DNA of 62,392 nucleotides, the filler included, from Choristocarpus tenellus KU-1152 (Eukaryota; Protista; Phaeophyceae), in the NCBI GenBank assembly GCA_964200185.2. It is 14 parts of 14 records of this genome, joined end to end, with 100 filler letters (N's around TTAATTAATTAA, not from the genome) between each part and the next. Parts side by side here need not be neighbours in the genome. Positions count along the whole stretch, not along the records: positions 24,987 to 28,862 come from CAXNAD020017435.1; positions 28,963 to 34,116 come from CAXNAD020011685.1; positions 34,217 to 40,742 come from CAXNAD020007938.1; 11 more parts are not named here. The stretch is one strand, 5' to 3'. Made by a program: the position numbers and the translations under genes. Each line of letters opens with the position of its first letter. Positions within the stretch are counted from its first letter, which is position 1. Shown here piece by piece: positions 25,031-37,630 of this stretch. The notes under the pieces are model-generated. The model did not search any database, was not told where the DNA came from, and worked only from the letters and a program-made list of their open reading frames with translations.

Positions 25031-25226
25031 GGTTCAAAGTATCTGGGGGTGGGGGGGGTGGGGGGGGGGGTGGCGGCTGTCCATTTGGGGTCAATTCTTT
25101 CATGTCCCGATTTTTGGTGATTTGGTTTGCATACGTCGAATGGATAATGTAAGTGCACTTTTCCTGGTTTTGACTCAAATGGGCACCCTGGTGTAGACTA
25201 CCCCCCCCTCCGAGATACTTTGGGTC
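25031..25226 (+). mobile_element. MITE family B, complete (196 bp)
   Basis: GGTTCAAAGTATCTGGGGG...CCCTCCGAGATACTTTGGGTC, with 4-bp TSD ACGT. Confidence 0.9.
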
Positions 25227-25697
25227 ACGTGCTCCAATAGTATGTACTTGAAAATTTAAAATATGTGTTTGATGGAGTCCTCCATTTTAGTTAAGAGTCA
25301 TGTCATGAAGCGTAGGCCTTCTTCGCGTTGCCACATTAGCCAAGATGAACACGCTTGGCAGGCAATTGATTGCATACTGCAAGGCACAAGAAAGGACAAT
25401 GAAGTAAGACCTAAACCCCACACACTTCTTGAAGGCACAACACACTAAATGCATTGGGCAGGGGAAGGAGAGGGCCTTTCAACATAGTCCCTCTGCCAGC
25501 AAACTCATTAAATTTGAATGTGAAAGAAAGAAAACACCTTAGTGTAATAGTAGTGGGAAACAGTAATACTTAGGAGTGGAAAAAAATGTTCATTCATGAC
25601 ATTCAAGTCCAAGACTGCAGCACATAGTATCCATAGTCCTTCCTCCACAGAAGAGTCTTTGCCCTGCACTCTGACCCCATCAAAGAATATAACTGAC

Positions 25698-27038
25698 CTG
25701 TGTCAAGACAAGCCTTTCATTAACCCTTCCCTGAACTTCCGTTTCCCCTTGTTCCTGCCAAGTCTCCTTATCTGCACCTCTTCCTCTCGGAGTCTGTTGC
25801 CCTGCCCCCTGGCTCATTATCCCGCTTCGTGAAACCATTCTTCCATTAACTTCCTCTAATCTTGGCAAAGCTTGCAGTACCTCCCGCAGGTCATCGCAAC
25901 GCGGGTCAAGCGTTAATGCCAATGATCTTGTCATAGGGTTAGGGACATGGACAGGGATGATAACAGGTTGCGGCACATATGCTCTTATGAGTTTGGTTGG
26001 TGGAGGAGAAAACGGATTTGGGAGAAACTGGAGGGTTGGGAGCGGAGGAGTTGCGTCGCAATCCCTGTGTGGTTTGTGTGTGTATGGTCTCAGAGGTTAT
26101 GTAGTTGTAGAGGTGAGGTGGTGGTTGATTAGAATAGTACACTGAGAAGTATTGGAGGTGATGTTGTAATAAGACAAATTCCACATAGAGGAATGTGGAT
26201 ATGGCAAGATGAACCATACGCTATTTGACAGGGAGCTCACCACTGTGCACCTGTGTGCTTTCACAATGAACTAGTGCTGAGTCCAGCACACTATTATTGG
26301 TATGTGGGTTTTCCGTGGTCAGAGCTGGCGCGGACAAAAATATATCTGGATTGGCTAACTGCATTGATCTTGGCAATCGTGCCCAGTGCATCATGCCCAA
26401 AACGACAAGCATAGCTTATGTAGATATTGGCACCTTAGGGCAGGCAGAGTCTGAAGGGAAGGGAGGATGTCCGACACCCTTCCAAACATGTTTTGTTGCA
26501 AGTTCAGCGAACGTAGCCGGCCCAGGCATGACAAGTTGGGTGGAAGCTGCGATAGGTGGTTGCCCTTGAAGGAGCAGCGGGAAAGAGTGGAAGAGTTTGT
26601 TATCCTCACCATTAGAGCAAAGAACTGAAACTTAGGATGACCTGGTGCGCAAGTTTGACCATGGAAATGGCGACAAAGAGCAACGGTATCGCAGTGGAGA
26701 AGAACAAGTCTTCAATCATGAGGATAAGAGAGAAGAAGCAATGATAAAGTAAGTTCAACAGACTCCGCATTTACAGAAATCACGCCTACACCTCCGTATC
26801 AGAAGAAGATCAAGAGCTGGTCGCAGCTTGCTCGGGTTGATCAGGAGTGAGGCGAGAAGGAGGAATCACTAAATGTCTCGTAACGGTCCGGTACCAGCAC
26901 CTGAAGGCTCAAAACTCGAAGCTGACTTAAACCAGCAAGCCGAGGGAGGAGGTGACCGACCTCATCTAGGCCTTGGTAGCTCAGAACTAGGTTTGAGGGG
27001 TTACTATTTTTGGCGAGTATCTCCTCTAGGGCATCCAT
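25698..27038 (-). CDS. Leucine-rich repeat protein with LRRcap (SDS22/U2A'-type), 5' three exons; 3' part not in contig
   Basis: Exons 27038-26901, 26564-26434 and 25926-25698 are GT-AG and phase-compatible (0, 2). Spliced: MDALEEIL..LVLSYQGLDEV..LSQLRVLSLQ|GNHLSQLPPNLSCLGRLRSLNLQQNMF..LQTLPALR|SLALTL..EVLQALPRLEEVNGRMV. Confidence 0.85.
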
Positions 27039-27251
27039 ATTATAGTGAGATGTTTTGAGTTTACCATGTGGGTGTTGCACTGTTGCAGATGGCGTTTTCG
27101 TCTTGTGTGTGTATATCTATCTTACAAATTACAAGGTCACACTAATCAGTCTATTCCTGTCATTGTGGCAGAGTTGTGAACTCCTTCATTATCTTTCCCT
27201 ACAATAAACTACGTCGTGTGCATTGGGGCACTGGAGAGGATCTCTCCCGTC
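27039..27251. promoter_or_regulatory. Putative bidirectional promoter / 5' UTR region
   Basis: Only 213 bp lie between two divergent ATGs (27038 on minus, 27252 on plus). Confidence 0.55.
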
Positions 27252-28178
27252 ATGAGCGGTGTGGACTACTCCAAGTGGGATCGGCTAGCCAAGGAACTCA
27301 GTGACAGTGACAGTGACAGCGATAGCGATGGAAGTGAAGGAGGTGTAATGGGTAACAAGCCCCTTGTAACGAGGTTCGATGAGCCACAGTCGGTGACATT
27401 TGGGGGAAACCCTACTCCTAAAGGAGACGTGATTGGGGAAGGAGGCTCCGAATCTCAGGATAAACAAGAAGTGGTTGGGAAGGCGTCGACTTTAGCCGTG
27501 CAGGAGTGCATGGACGTTTCCACATCCAAGACATCAGTGAAAGGTTTCGCGGATCTCACCCGTAATGGGGGCGATGTGGGTGCTCGTGGTGGAAGGACCC
27601 GTTACCTATGGAGTCAAACGAGATATGAAGTGATGGTGGTGTTGACGGTGCCTCTCGGCACCAGAGCAGGAGACGTTGACATATGTTTAGAACCAAAGCC
27701 GGATACAGTGGCGGAGGGAATCGCCGACCTGCTGAGAGTGGGACTAAAAGAAGGAATCAACCTCCTGGAAGGCGAACTCTCCTTCCCCGTCAAGCTTGAG
27801 GAGGAAATAGATTGGGAGGTTAAGGACTACCCAGTGACTTCGTTTGTAGCGCCACTAACTGAGACATCCACGCCTGCAAGGATGTGCCAGGAGGTAGATG
27901 CAGAGCTTGGTATTGATACTACTTCAGAGGAGGATCTCGGAGAAATTCGGAGGGATTCTCAGCGAGGGATAGTTTTGACGCTACGGAAGCATGTTCCCAT
28001 GGCAGGTGTAACCCTATGGTGGAAGTCGGTGTTGAAGGGAGACCCAGAGATCGACGTTTCGCGAATACACGGTAGGGATATGAAGCACCAGTCCGTATGG
28101 GAGGAGGCCATGGGGATGTTCAAGGAAAATATGGCAAAGCGGAGGTCCCAGGGGAAGATTGAGGTAGATGTTAGTTGA
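27252..28178 (+). CDS. Intronless NudC-like CS/p23-domain co-chaperone (308 aa)
   Basis: Intact ORF starting MSGVDYSKWD. CS-domain motifs YLWSQTRYEVMVVLTVP, LLEGELSFPV, IDWEV, LTLRK and WWKSVLKGDPEIDVSRI are present. Confidence 0.88.
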   Translation: MSGVDYSKWDRLAKELSDSDSDSDSDGSEGGVMGNKPLVTRFDEPQSVTFGGNPTPKGDVIGEGGSESQDKQEVVGKASTLAVQECMDVSTSKTSVKGFADLTRNGGDVGARGGRTRYLWSQTRYEVMVVLTVPLGTRAGDVDICLEPKPDTVAEGIADLLRVGLKEGINLLEGELSFPVKLEEEIDWEVKDYPVTSFVAPLTETSTPARMCQEVDAELGIDTTSEEDLGEIRRDSQRGIVLTLRKHVPMAGVTLWWKSVLKGDPEIDVSRIHGRDMKHQSVWEEAMGMFKENMAKRRSQGKIEVDVS

Positions 28179-28833
28179 TTACCAGACAGAAAATAGGACA
28201 AATGTTGAATTTTTTCTTGTTCAAATATTGTGCAATATAATGTTTAAGTTAGGGCCAGGACCAATAATCTTCGATGAGGTGTGTACATAATTTCCAGACT
28301 ACTATGCTCGATGCCAAGTGAGAGACTGCCGGCCAAACACTGCTCAATATTGAAATATTCCTTTACCACCAAGACAGTGAGTCTCGCAGCTTACTGCACC
28401 AATTCTCAAAACTGTATGTAAGACAGACCTCGTTTTCAGTCACAATATTCTGCTCCCTGGTATTTGAGTGCTGTTGAGATATGTTTGTGACGAATCCAGG
28501 CTACAACCACTGTGGAGGAAAGCCACTGCTTTGTGGGGACCAGCAGCTCCTCTGATGCTATTTTTTTAGCTCCTCTGGAGAGGTTGTTTTGGATTATCTG
28601 AGCTTTGGTACCCATCACCTACCATCACCTAAAGGAAAGGTAACTGAAAAAGACCAGTCCTAAGCATATGTATCCTCTAACCCTCTCTCTTGCAGTGCAT
28701 GCTGGACATGCTACCATTGCAACCTTTGCCTCTCATTTCCAAGTACATTTTTGGTGATGTCCCCAGAATGTCATGCTAGATGACATTTCACTTACACCCC
28801 TTTTTTTGTCTAATGCCACCATTCATTCGGTAA

Positions 28834-28862
28834 GGCCCAAAGTATCTGGGAGGGGGGGGAGA
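28834..28862 (+). mobile_element. MITE family B terminal repeat at contig end
   Basis: GGCCCAAAGTATCTGGGAGGGGGG. Confidence 0.75.
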
Positions 28863-29268
28863 NNNNNNNNNNNNNNNNNNNNNNNNNNNNNNNNNNNNNN
28901 NNNNNNTTAATTAATTAANNNNNNNNNNNNNNNNNNNNNNNNNNNNNNNNNNNNNNNNNNNNCCTATAGAGTAGTTGATAGAAGACCAACGAAATTGGGT
29001 GGATAATGAAAATAATAAGAGGACTTTTGGTTAATCCAGGACCCCGCTTATTATGCCTCAGTCTATCTTTTGAACGAAACATTGAGTCAAACTTTGAGCT
29101 AAGTACTGAGTGAAGTATCAAGAGAAGGCTATCTGACACCCTACAACTCGTTGTAAAAGGCAACACCCCCATAGCGTCATTTAAAGGTCGTTGGATTTGA
29201 GTTGTACATCCTGGAAAGGTGAGCATTGAGGGGCGCCTGCAACTGATGATGTATTGAATTGGCTTTTT

Positions 29269-30728
29269 CCCTGACACATCTTCAACATGTCAGAGGGCAT
29301 AATAATAAAATATAGATGTAGAATTCTCGTTTTATCGATAGAACATTGTTAGCTACCTTGTACACATGATTTGAGGTATTTCTCGCCTTTTTATCAACGT
29401 GTATAAATGCTTTGTTTTTGTTGATTGATTGGTTGAGGGAGGATAATTGTGTGTTGGTGATTTGACAGTAGTAGCTCATCTTGATATTTAAACTTGTACT
29501 TCATTGTGATTGAACAGGTACATCTGTAAATGTCAGAGGGCATAGTAATAAAATATTGAACAGGTACGAACAATCGTGTACAAATCTTGCTTTGCGATTA
29601 GTAGGAAAGAATATGGAATACATGGGAGAGCCATCTTCCAACTAAGGTTACGTTTAAGGTGACCTTTCTTGAAGATCTGTGGTTCATACGACATCTTTTT
29701 TTGCATATTGAAGTTAGCATCTGGTTGGAGTAAATACCAGGTAGGTGGTTTGAGGGGATCTTGCAAACCCCTCTCATCCCCTTTTCATTTGTTCACTCTT
29801 TCCTGAGTGATCTTCTGAGGGATTGCTCTCCCTCTTGCCTTCCTTGTCTCTGTCCATTTCCTTCCGTATGCAGGTCTTCCCGTCCCCCTTCATTCTCTAT
29901 CCTCCTGTGGGTCATTCCGCTCCCCTTCGGTCTCTTTCCTCTTGTGGATCTTCCCTTGTCCCTTCAGTCTAAGAAACCTCTCAGACTGTTTCCATCTGTT
30001 TGACATACAACATCAGCATTCTTTGTGTGTGATCTACACCACAATCTTTTTCAAATTAATTGCTGTTATGTCCTCTGACATTTTACAGTCGTGTTAAGAC
30101 CAAACCAATGAAAGTCAATTCAATATCGTAAGAACTTCTGGAAGAGGAACAGATCATATGATGCGAGTTGTTGGACAGAATTGTCTTAGGAAATAATACT
30201 TGATTCTCTTTCGGTTCTACGATTGTATAATAACCCCGTTTCAAAAATTGGACATTGTAGACCCTCAATAGGGTTCTTTGTCTGTAATGTCTCTACTGTA
30301 TCATGTTGTGGTCCTTTCCTTTCACAAGTTGAAAACATATACCTATATATTATTCTAGTGTTGGTGATCACTATACTGTTGATGTTTGGGGGTATTCATA
30401 CCAACACTCATCTGTAAATATTAGATGACATAATAAGAAAAATAGCGAGGGTCCTTTTTCTTTATCACTAACGAATATATTTGGTACGACCTATGCTCGA
30501 ACGAACTTGTTTGAATAGTTGCAATGCCCATTCATTTCTTTCTCAAACATCTACAAATGGTTCCCTCATGCAAGTACATTGAATCCCATACAATGATTTG
30601 GAATAGTGAGGGATGAGTCAGTATTCCAAATCTGTAGTGGTGGAACAGTAGCACTGTACATTTTGTTGGCTTAAGAACATTACATATTATATTATTATTG
30701 CCTCTGACATTTTGCAGATGTGTGAGGG
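29269..30728. mobile_element. ~1.46-kb degenerate TIR element (CCCT-ended)
   Basis: CCCTGACACATCTTCAACATGTCAGAGGGCATAATAATAAAAT at the left is mirrored by ATTATTATTATTGCCTCTGACATTTTGCAGATGTGTGAGGG at the right. The motif recurs internally near 29520, 30070 and 30410. Confidence 0.55.
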
Positions 30729-30769
30729 GGGATCACATTGTGTTGTTAAAAGTTTGTCCAGCACCACTT

Positions 30770-31320
30770 TCAGAATAATGAATGAATACAAAATGGTTCG
30801 AATCTACAAACGAACAAATTAAGTTTTATATCTTTGATTTGGGAGGATGTTCTCGAACGTACACATCTCACATTTAAAATATAGAGGAGTTTTTTTTGTA
30901 GAGAAACGCCGATTGATTTGTTGGAAAATTGGACTAATGAGTGAAATATTTTCTCCCTAAGGAAGAACGCCTTTGAATCGTTAGCCAATCCACCACACAT
31001 TGAAAATTGGGAGAAAATTTGAAAATTTGATGGCGAACGAGGTCTACCGTCGAACCAAGGTAGGGGTGGCTCTCTTTGCTGCCCTTCAACAGGCTGTGGA
31101 TCAGGGTGGAATTGAAGGAGAGGATGCACAGGCAGTGGTGTCTGATTTTGACGAGGTGAGGTGCGAACAAACACAATTTCTTTAGTTGCTGGTGCTTCAA
31201 TAACGAACACTTGCTTACACACCCACCATTCCAGCACCAACGTAGCTTTTATTGGAAAATTCAAGTTTTTATAGACATGCATACATGTATCTCGAGCGAC
31301 GCTAACAAACAAACCTTTGG
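30770..31320 (-). mobile_element. Decayed LINE RT C-terminal subdomains
   Basis: QQLKKLCLF..HLVKI...SHPYLGSTV (Y.YLG motif), followed by a K..L..KKLLYILN-type helix. Confidence 0.35.
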
Positions 31321-31860
31321 TTCATGTCGATGGCCAAGGTAGGAAGCGCTTGACGACTTTTTGACGAAGTCGCCCTCCATACCACCAATTGTACTTGCCT
31401 TAAGAACAGATCATGGCAGAAGAGGTGCGATCATCATCTGGGACCGGTGTCCAAATGACTTTGACGGTGGGTCAATGAGCACAATCGGCGCACCCACAGA
31501 TCATAACCCTCTACTTCTACGATCCTCTTGTCGCCACTGATTCAGAGTAAGACTGTGGAAACCCCCCCCAGCATATTACTTCCTAGATTAATGACTCCGC
31601 ATTTCTGCTGGGAGTCAACCGCGACGTCATACCTACGGATTGATGACTGCCTCTCATTTCATGCCGCAATACGATACCACAGAGCATGGCAAGGGGGCCG
31701 ACTACCCTTAACATGTGCTGTAGTCTGCCAAAGTGTGGGGTCCAGCGACGATTACCTTGCTTATTTCCAAAATCGAACATTAAGGTACTCCAGACAAGCC
31801 CATAAGCCCTGCATCCCCTTGCCCTCTGACTTCACTGCTTCCCGTTCGTGTGCCTCAAAG

Positions 31861-33626
31861 GGAAATATGGAAACATACAACATTTATGAATCAGTCAAGG
31901 CGCAGGGAGGTGGAATGTTACACCTCAAAATTAGTTCTGCGGAAGTCCTAGTAGGGGAGGAGAAACATCAACTTGGCACAGTACAAGTGGATGCGATCCG
32001 TGCACCAGATAAGGACAATCCAAGTGCCTCAAAGGAAGTTCGTACAGGGGGTGTGACGCAAGGGAGGAAGCGTACTGGAGGTGGTTCTTTGACAACTAAG
32101 GCATGATGAGACCAGAGATACTAGGTCCTTCCGTTTGGGTGTTACTTGTGTGTGTAGAATTATAGACCATGTGCACTCTCTAATTGAATGAATACACAGG
32201 GTGATACTCGAGGCAGAGCTCGTTCATACTGGGCACCAAAGTATTTAACGTGACCCATATACACACCCTTGAGTGTATTTTAATCCTCCCTAGAGTGCAG
32301 TAGTGATGAGGGGGCTACGATGCTGCAATAGTTGGGATGTGGTCAAGACTCTGAAACTTGTCCTTGGAGGTATTTTGCAAGTCTTGACTCTTATACTGAA
32401 GTTTGTGTTGTTGAAACGTATGTGCTTAACCAAACATACGTGGTAAACACATAGCAGTTGAATATTTGCATCCACCAGGTGTATCCTTCTGAAGCTAACG
32501 CATCGACTCAGTGTATCCTCTTGATATGGGTTCAATTTTGCGGAATTCTCAGGATTGGTATATGTGGATCTTTCCAAGAGAACCTTCAGCCTCCCCAAGT
32601 ACGACCAGTTGAGTTACATCCTTTTCACTGCTGCCTTCAGAGGCACCTGGTCAGAAAGCGGTGGTATTCCTGCTCTGCTCAATCCTTGCAATATACATGT
32701 ACAACATGGCAGGGAACATGTGTTTTTTTGTTACCCCATCCCAACCCATGGCTTGAGTCCAACCGCTTGTGTATCTTGGCTGACTTTTGTTGTATGGCTC
32801 TTGTGAACCTTGCAAACAAATTGCTAATGTATGCATTACACCACTCTTGTGAATATACAACGCGTAGACAGCTGAGGAATAGATATCCAAGTGCATTTTG
32901 GTGTGGCATGCTCCAATGCATTTTACAAGTGAACTTGACCTTCTCGATTGATTGCTATTGGGAGTTATGATGTTGCAGTGGCAACCGTTGTGTTATGTGA
33001 ACTCGCACAGCTTTGCTAGGGTGGACTGGGTTCACTAGCATGCTCTTCTCAAGTCCTCCCCACGATTTGTTGCTCTTGGCTAAGAACAACTGAGATATTG
33101 CAGTTAATACTTTCTAGGGCTTCGGTGCCAAATGGTGATCTGTGCAGTTGGTGAAACTCCCAACTACCAACATAGGAATTCATGAGTGTCATTAGACAAA
33201 GGATGATGTTGTGGTGGTGAGTTTGATTTGTCTCACCTCTGCCGATATGTATCAACACCGCTTGTGTCGTGCTTCCGAGCACAGGATGCCAAGGGCTAGT
33301 GATGTAATTATGGATGACGTAAATCCTGGGAGTGACCCATCAATGTTGTTCTTGGAACGAGAACTTCCTAGAGATACCCAACTTCCACCGAGGGAGCATG
33401 CAGGTCAAATAGACCATGCTCCTGGCGTCGACAGGGATAGAGGAACAACCAGTGATTCAGAGAGGGGCTTGACAGCAAGGATTGTTGGACAGGGGTGCGG
33501 GATGGTGATGGTTTCGTAGCGATCAGGAGTTCCATCTCCAGCACAATTGAAAGGGGGAGTGACAGGGATGGAAGCTTGCGCACGGAGAAGAGAGAACTTG
33601 CTGGAACTGACTGTGGGACAGGAGGT
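31861..33626 (+). CDS. Possible exons of an unknown gene or pseudogene
   Basis: AG-preceded open blocks at about 31861 (GNMETYNIYESVKAQGGG..), 32553 (LVYVDLSKRTFSLPKYDQL..) and 33285. The last has an in-frame TAG at 33517. Confidence 0.25.
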
Positions 33627-33977
33627 ATCGATGGCATTTGACGGCCAGCCTACCACATAGGGGCCTCAAATCTGCGCACCCCAACACCCACAACCAACTT
33701 TGCCAGAGTCCTGCACCATACGCATATCTCAATCAAGTTGCCAGTATGCCCTTTTCCCTGTCCACACCACCTTGGCATGGGCTGTTGCTCTGTCCTTCAC
33801 CTTTGGCTCGCCCCCAAAGCCCCAAAGATATTTCTGATATAACAGGTGTGCTTTGGACTGCAGACATATAGAATCCCGATTCTAGAAAAATTATCAGCTG
33901 CTGTTACTCTGAGTGCATTTCTATAGTCTTAAGGTGGCAGGTGCCTGCCTTGCTTCCTCCCATGCATCTACCTTAAT

Positions 33978-34116
33978 GGCTCAAAGTATCTGGGAGGGGG
34001 TGGCAGCTGTCCTTTTGTGGTCAATATTTTCATGTCGCGATTTTTGGGTGATTTGGTTGCGTACGTCGGATGGATACTGTAAATGCACTTCTCCTGATTT
34101 TGGTCCAAATGGACAC
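33978..34116 (+). mobile_element. MITE family B, cut by contig end
   Basis: GGCTCAAAGTATCTGGGAGGGGGTGGCAGCTGTCC, and the body matches the 25031 and 57126 copies. Confidence 0.9.
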
Positions 34117-34539
34117 NNNNNNNNNNNNNNNNNNNNNNNNNNNNNNNNNNNNNNNNNNNNTTAATTAATTAANNNNNNNNNNNNNNNNNNNNNNNNNNNN
34201 NNNNNNNNNNNNNNNNATAGGTCACCTTCAGGGTATACCTTCTACATGATGTTCAAGATAGGTAACCTTCAGGATATACCTTCTGTGGAATGTGGCTCTC
34301 ACACATATATTTAAAATATTTTGGTGGATTTAATATATCTAGCTTATATTCTGAAGACAGTGACTGTGAAGGTGCCCAGATCATTCAGTCTGACTCTGCT
34401 GGAGTTGAAGAGGTAGTTCGCGTTCCTTTGGCCTCCCAATGAGGCCACAGACATTGTGCAGATCCGGGAGATAGGTCCAGAACAACGAACACATTGACAG
34501 TTTTATTTACTTTGAAGGCTTCATCGTGAAGTTGCTATC

Positions 34540-35130
34540 ATTGCTGAGATCAGCCAAACAAAGGATTAAAAAGGCTTGGTGTAGTTTCTACAAATACAGC
34601 CAAGTAGTCTCTGTCATCACCTCAGGTGCATCACTTGAGCTTAAGATCCGAATGCTCAAGGCTGAGAAACTTGACTTGAGGTTTTGATGTATGGTTGTAT
34701 GGCATGGACACTATGTACTATGTCACGTCCACGGTATGTAGCTTTGTTTTCATCGCTACAAATCCCTCCAATGCTTCATCGGATTTCACAAACGAGAATA
34801 CACCAATCAGGCAACGTCTGTACGGTTTCAAAACTGTTGTCACAAGATACATTTTTTTCACGGAAATCTGATTTTGATGGACGAACCTATTGTGTCAAAA
34901 CACAATAGGTTCAACAAACCACAAAAAGGCGGGTAGATCTGAAACACAGTGAAACGGATTCACTATGCACAGTTCAAGATTAGAGTGGGCAGGGGGAGCA
35001 ACACACAATGATGGGATGACTGAATCCAACACTCGACAAGCAAGGAAACCCCTGGGAAGGGTAATTAGTCTGGATTGCAACAATGAGTTTGAAGATAATC
35101 AGAAGTGGTATTGTAGTGTCTAGCGTCTCA
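34540..35130 (+). mobile_element. RTE-like LINE ORF2 C-terminal relic
   Basis: Across frames: AEIS..I..AW..F.KY...ELKIRMLKAE..EVLMYGCMAWTL...MLHRI, typical of the post-RT region of RTE-type LINEs. Confidence 0.6.
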
Positions 35131-36849
35131 AACCACGGGGTCAGTTAGACCCTTCTAGTTCCAGACTGAAGAAGATGGTAATAATACGAACTAGGAACCT
35201 GTGCTGACAGCAGCCTGCATCTACTTTCAATAGAAAATAGAGCCCTGACTGATGACTCCTCAAAAAACGAGAAACGAGGCAAGCACAATAGTGCAGAAGA
35301 GCAACTTGTTGTAGTGCAAGCATCAGGTCATACTTAGGAAGACATAGCGCAATGTGCTGTGTCTCAGACTACAGGACGGACTGGAATACCTAGTTGCGGA
35401 CAAAAGTGTAAGAAAATAAAAATAGTAACACGTGAACCAACTCAGAACATAAGCCAACACCAGTCCCTGCACCTGCAGTTGTACAGGCGGTGACTCCCAT
35501 CAATATATACATGCAATGTGCAAACATTATTGGGATTCATTAGCTTTAGGCCTGCCACCCTCTCAATCCATACTCATTCCTTACACGGCACTGAAGAGTG
35601 AGCCCATTCAATTTTCAGGATCCAAACTCAGGTACACTACCTGAGGATTGATGTGATATGCAAGAGTTAAGAGTTGACATTGTGATATCAACGCTTTAAA
35701 TACAAGCACATAGAGGCGACATGCCACCAACCCTATAAATATCGACTTAGAAATTGGAAAATTGCAGAGCGTTATGATGCTATACATTTACTCCTGAATG
35801 ATACAAGAAATCCTGCATATACCGTGATCAGTCTTGTCTTAGTGCTACCACACCGCCGAACTGAACCAAAACCTCTTTAAAACACTGTTGCATATACATT
35901 AGATATAGTCCTCCCATTAGAAACGCCATACATACAAACCACCCCTTCAACATGCATACACCTATGAACTACCGGTTTCTAGTTTTGAAGTATTTCTCGA
36001 GTCCTGCGTTAGTACTAGTATCTGGGTTCCTAGGGAATGGCTACAGCTTTACATCGGAGAGCAACTACATCACTGTTGCACATGTATAGTAAGTAGAGGC
36101 CTATTGGTGGGTCTAAATATCACAAAACAAAACAACAGAAACAAAGATGGTGTGTGGAACAACATTCTCACAATATCCAGGAAGCTAATATAGCAGGTTG
36201 TAATGCAATGGCACCATCCCCTTTCCTCAATGCAATGCCTCAGATACTAGAAGGCATTTGAGCAATAACGATCGCCACAGCACAACAGGTTCAGGCTGTC
36301 CCAGCACCAGCAGGGATGTTGAGCAACGAGCAATGCAACACTATTATAATATTACACCCTATATATACACATAGTATGCACAGTCAGGGTCGCACTATAT
36401 GGAAGGCGTATGATGTGTGGTAAAAAACGTGTTAACAGACTTGACCTAAGACGCACGTAAGACGAAATTTGACCAAAGAAAGTAAGTGACTTGCGTTAGG
36501 TTGGCTATCGACTCTCGTCCGCACTCCAAAATGTGTTCAACAATACACAGAAAGTTTTGAAGGAGATGCAACAGGCTCCTCCATCATTTACCCACTGATC
36601 TAAAAGAAACTAAAACTTCAAGGACATGACCAACCACCTTATCCATCCTGAAAGGTTAGATGCCCAGTCCCTAGGCCCCTCAGTCACCCCTTTTCAAGAA
36701 CGGACAACACCCAAAATTTGCTTCAGATTGTCTGAAAATGAGACCTGCTGCTGTTTTAGACCTAAAAACAATGCTGCAAGGCTCATGCTAACATACACTC
36801 AAATAACCAACACAGGCCCATGTCTGATAAAATATAATGTATGACCCTC

Positions 36850-37630
36850 TTCCAATTCCAACATCCACCATCTGGCTGTAGTGGGCCCATGCAATTCTGT
36901 ACAAGAAAGCACAGTCGTAACCTCTTTTTGCTCATCTCAGGTTAGATCATTGTTTGTATTACACCTTTAAAAATAATTGTATCCTACCATACAAAAAGGG
37001 AGAAAAAACAACAACAGCAAGATGGGCTAGTTGAGGTCAGAAGGCCCTCATACGAGATAAACGTATACAACAGTTTCTAACTCTTCACATGATACAGATG
37101 ACTCAAAGAATGAAATCATCCTATTAAACTAAGGAGCTCTCTTTCAACTGTGTCTTCTTCACTACTTGGTAACAATCAGCAATGTCCACCACATTTCCTG
37201 GTCAGATATCACAGCTCATGGGACTAACCTCAATCACATGCTGGAGGAACAAAACGTTTATCTAGCAATGAGCTACGTTGACACTTCTTCCACTCCACAA
37301 TAGTTGAAACCCCACGCTTGATTTTGGACTTGACACAATATTATCCACCCCTGGAAAGTCTTCAGCCCACAACTTACTGCAACGAATCAGATAAATCATA
37401 CTCTCATTTACCTTTCTAAACACCCAACGACTCTACAACTGGTCAGTTAGCTTATTGGATATTCCATGAATGCCATCAGAGACCCTACTAATAGATACAA
37501 TTCCTATATTTGTGTACTTCAATTTTTTTCATTGCAGCAACCAGTAAGCCCGCTATTCAATTTGTTCCCACGAAACAAGGAACATTGCAAACTGATTGTG
37601 TGTGAGAAGTTGAAGAGTGCTTCCAGCTGA
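36850..37630 (+). mobile_element. Highly decayed Ty3/gypsy RT relic
   Basis: LAMSYVD (like YLDD), L.KVF, FTFL.H, MNAIRDP and SPLFNL-like segments in gypsy order. Confidence 0.35.
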
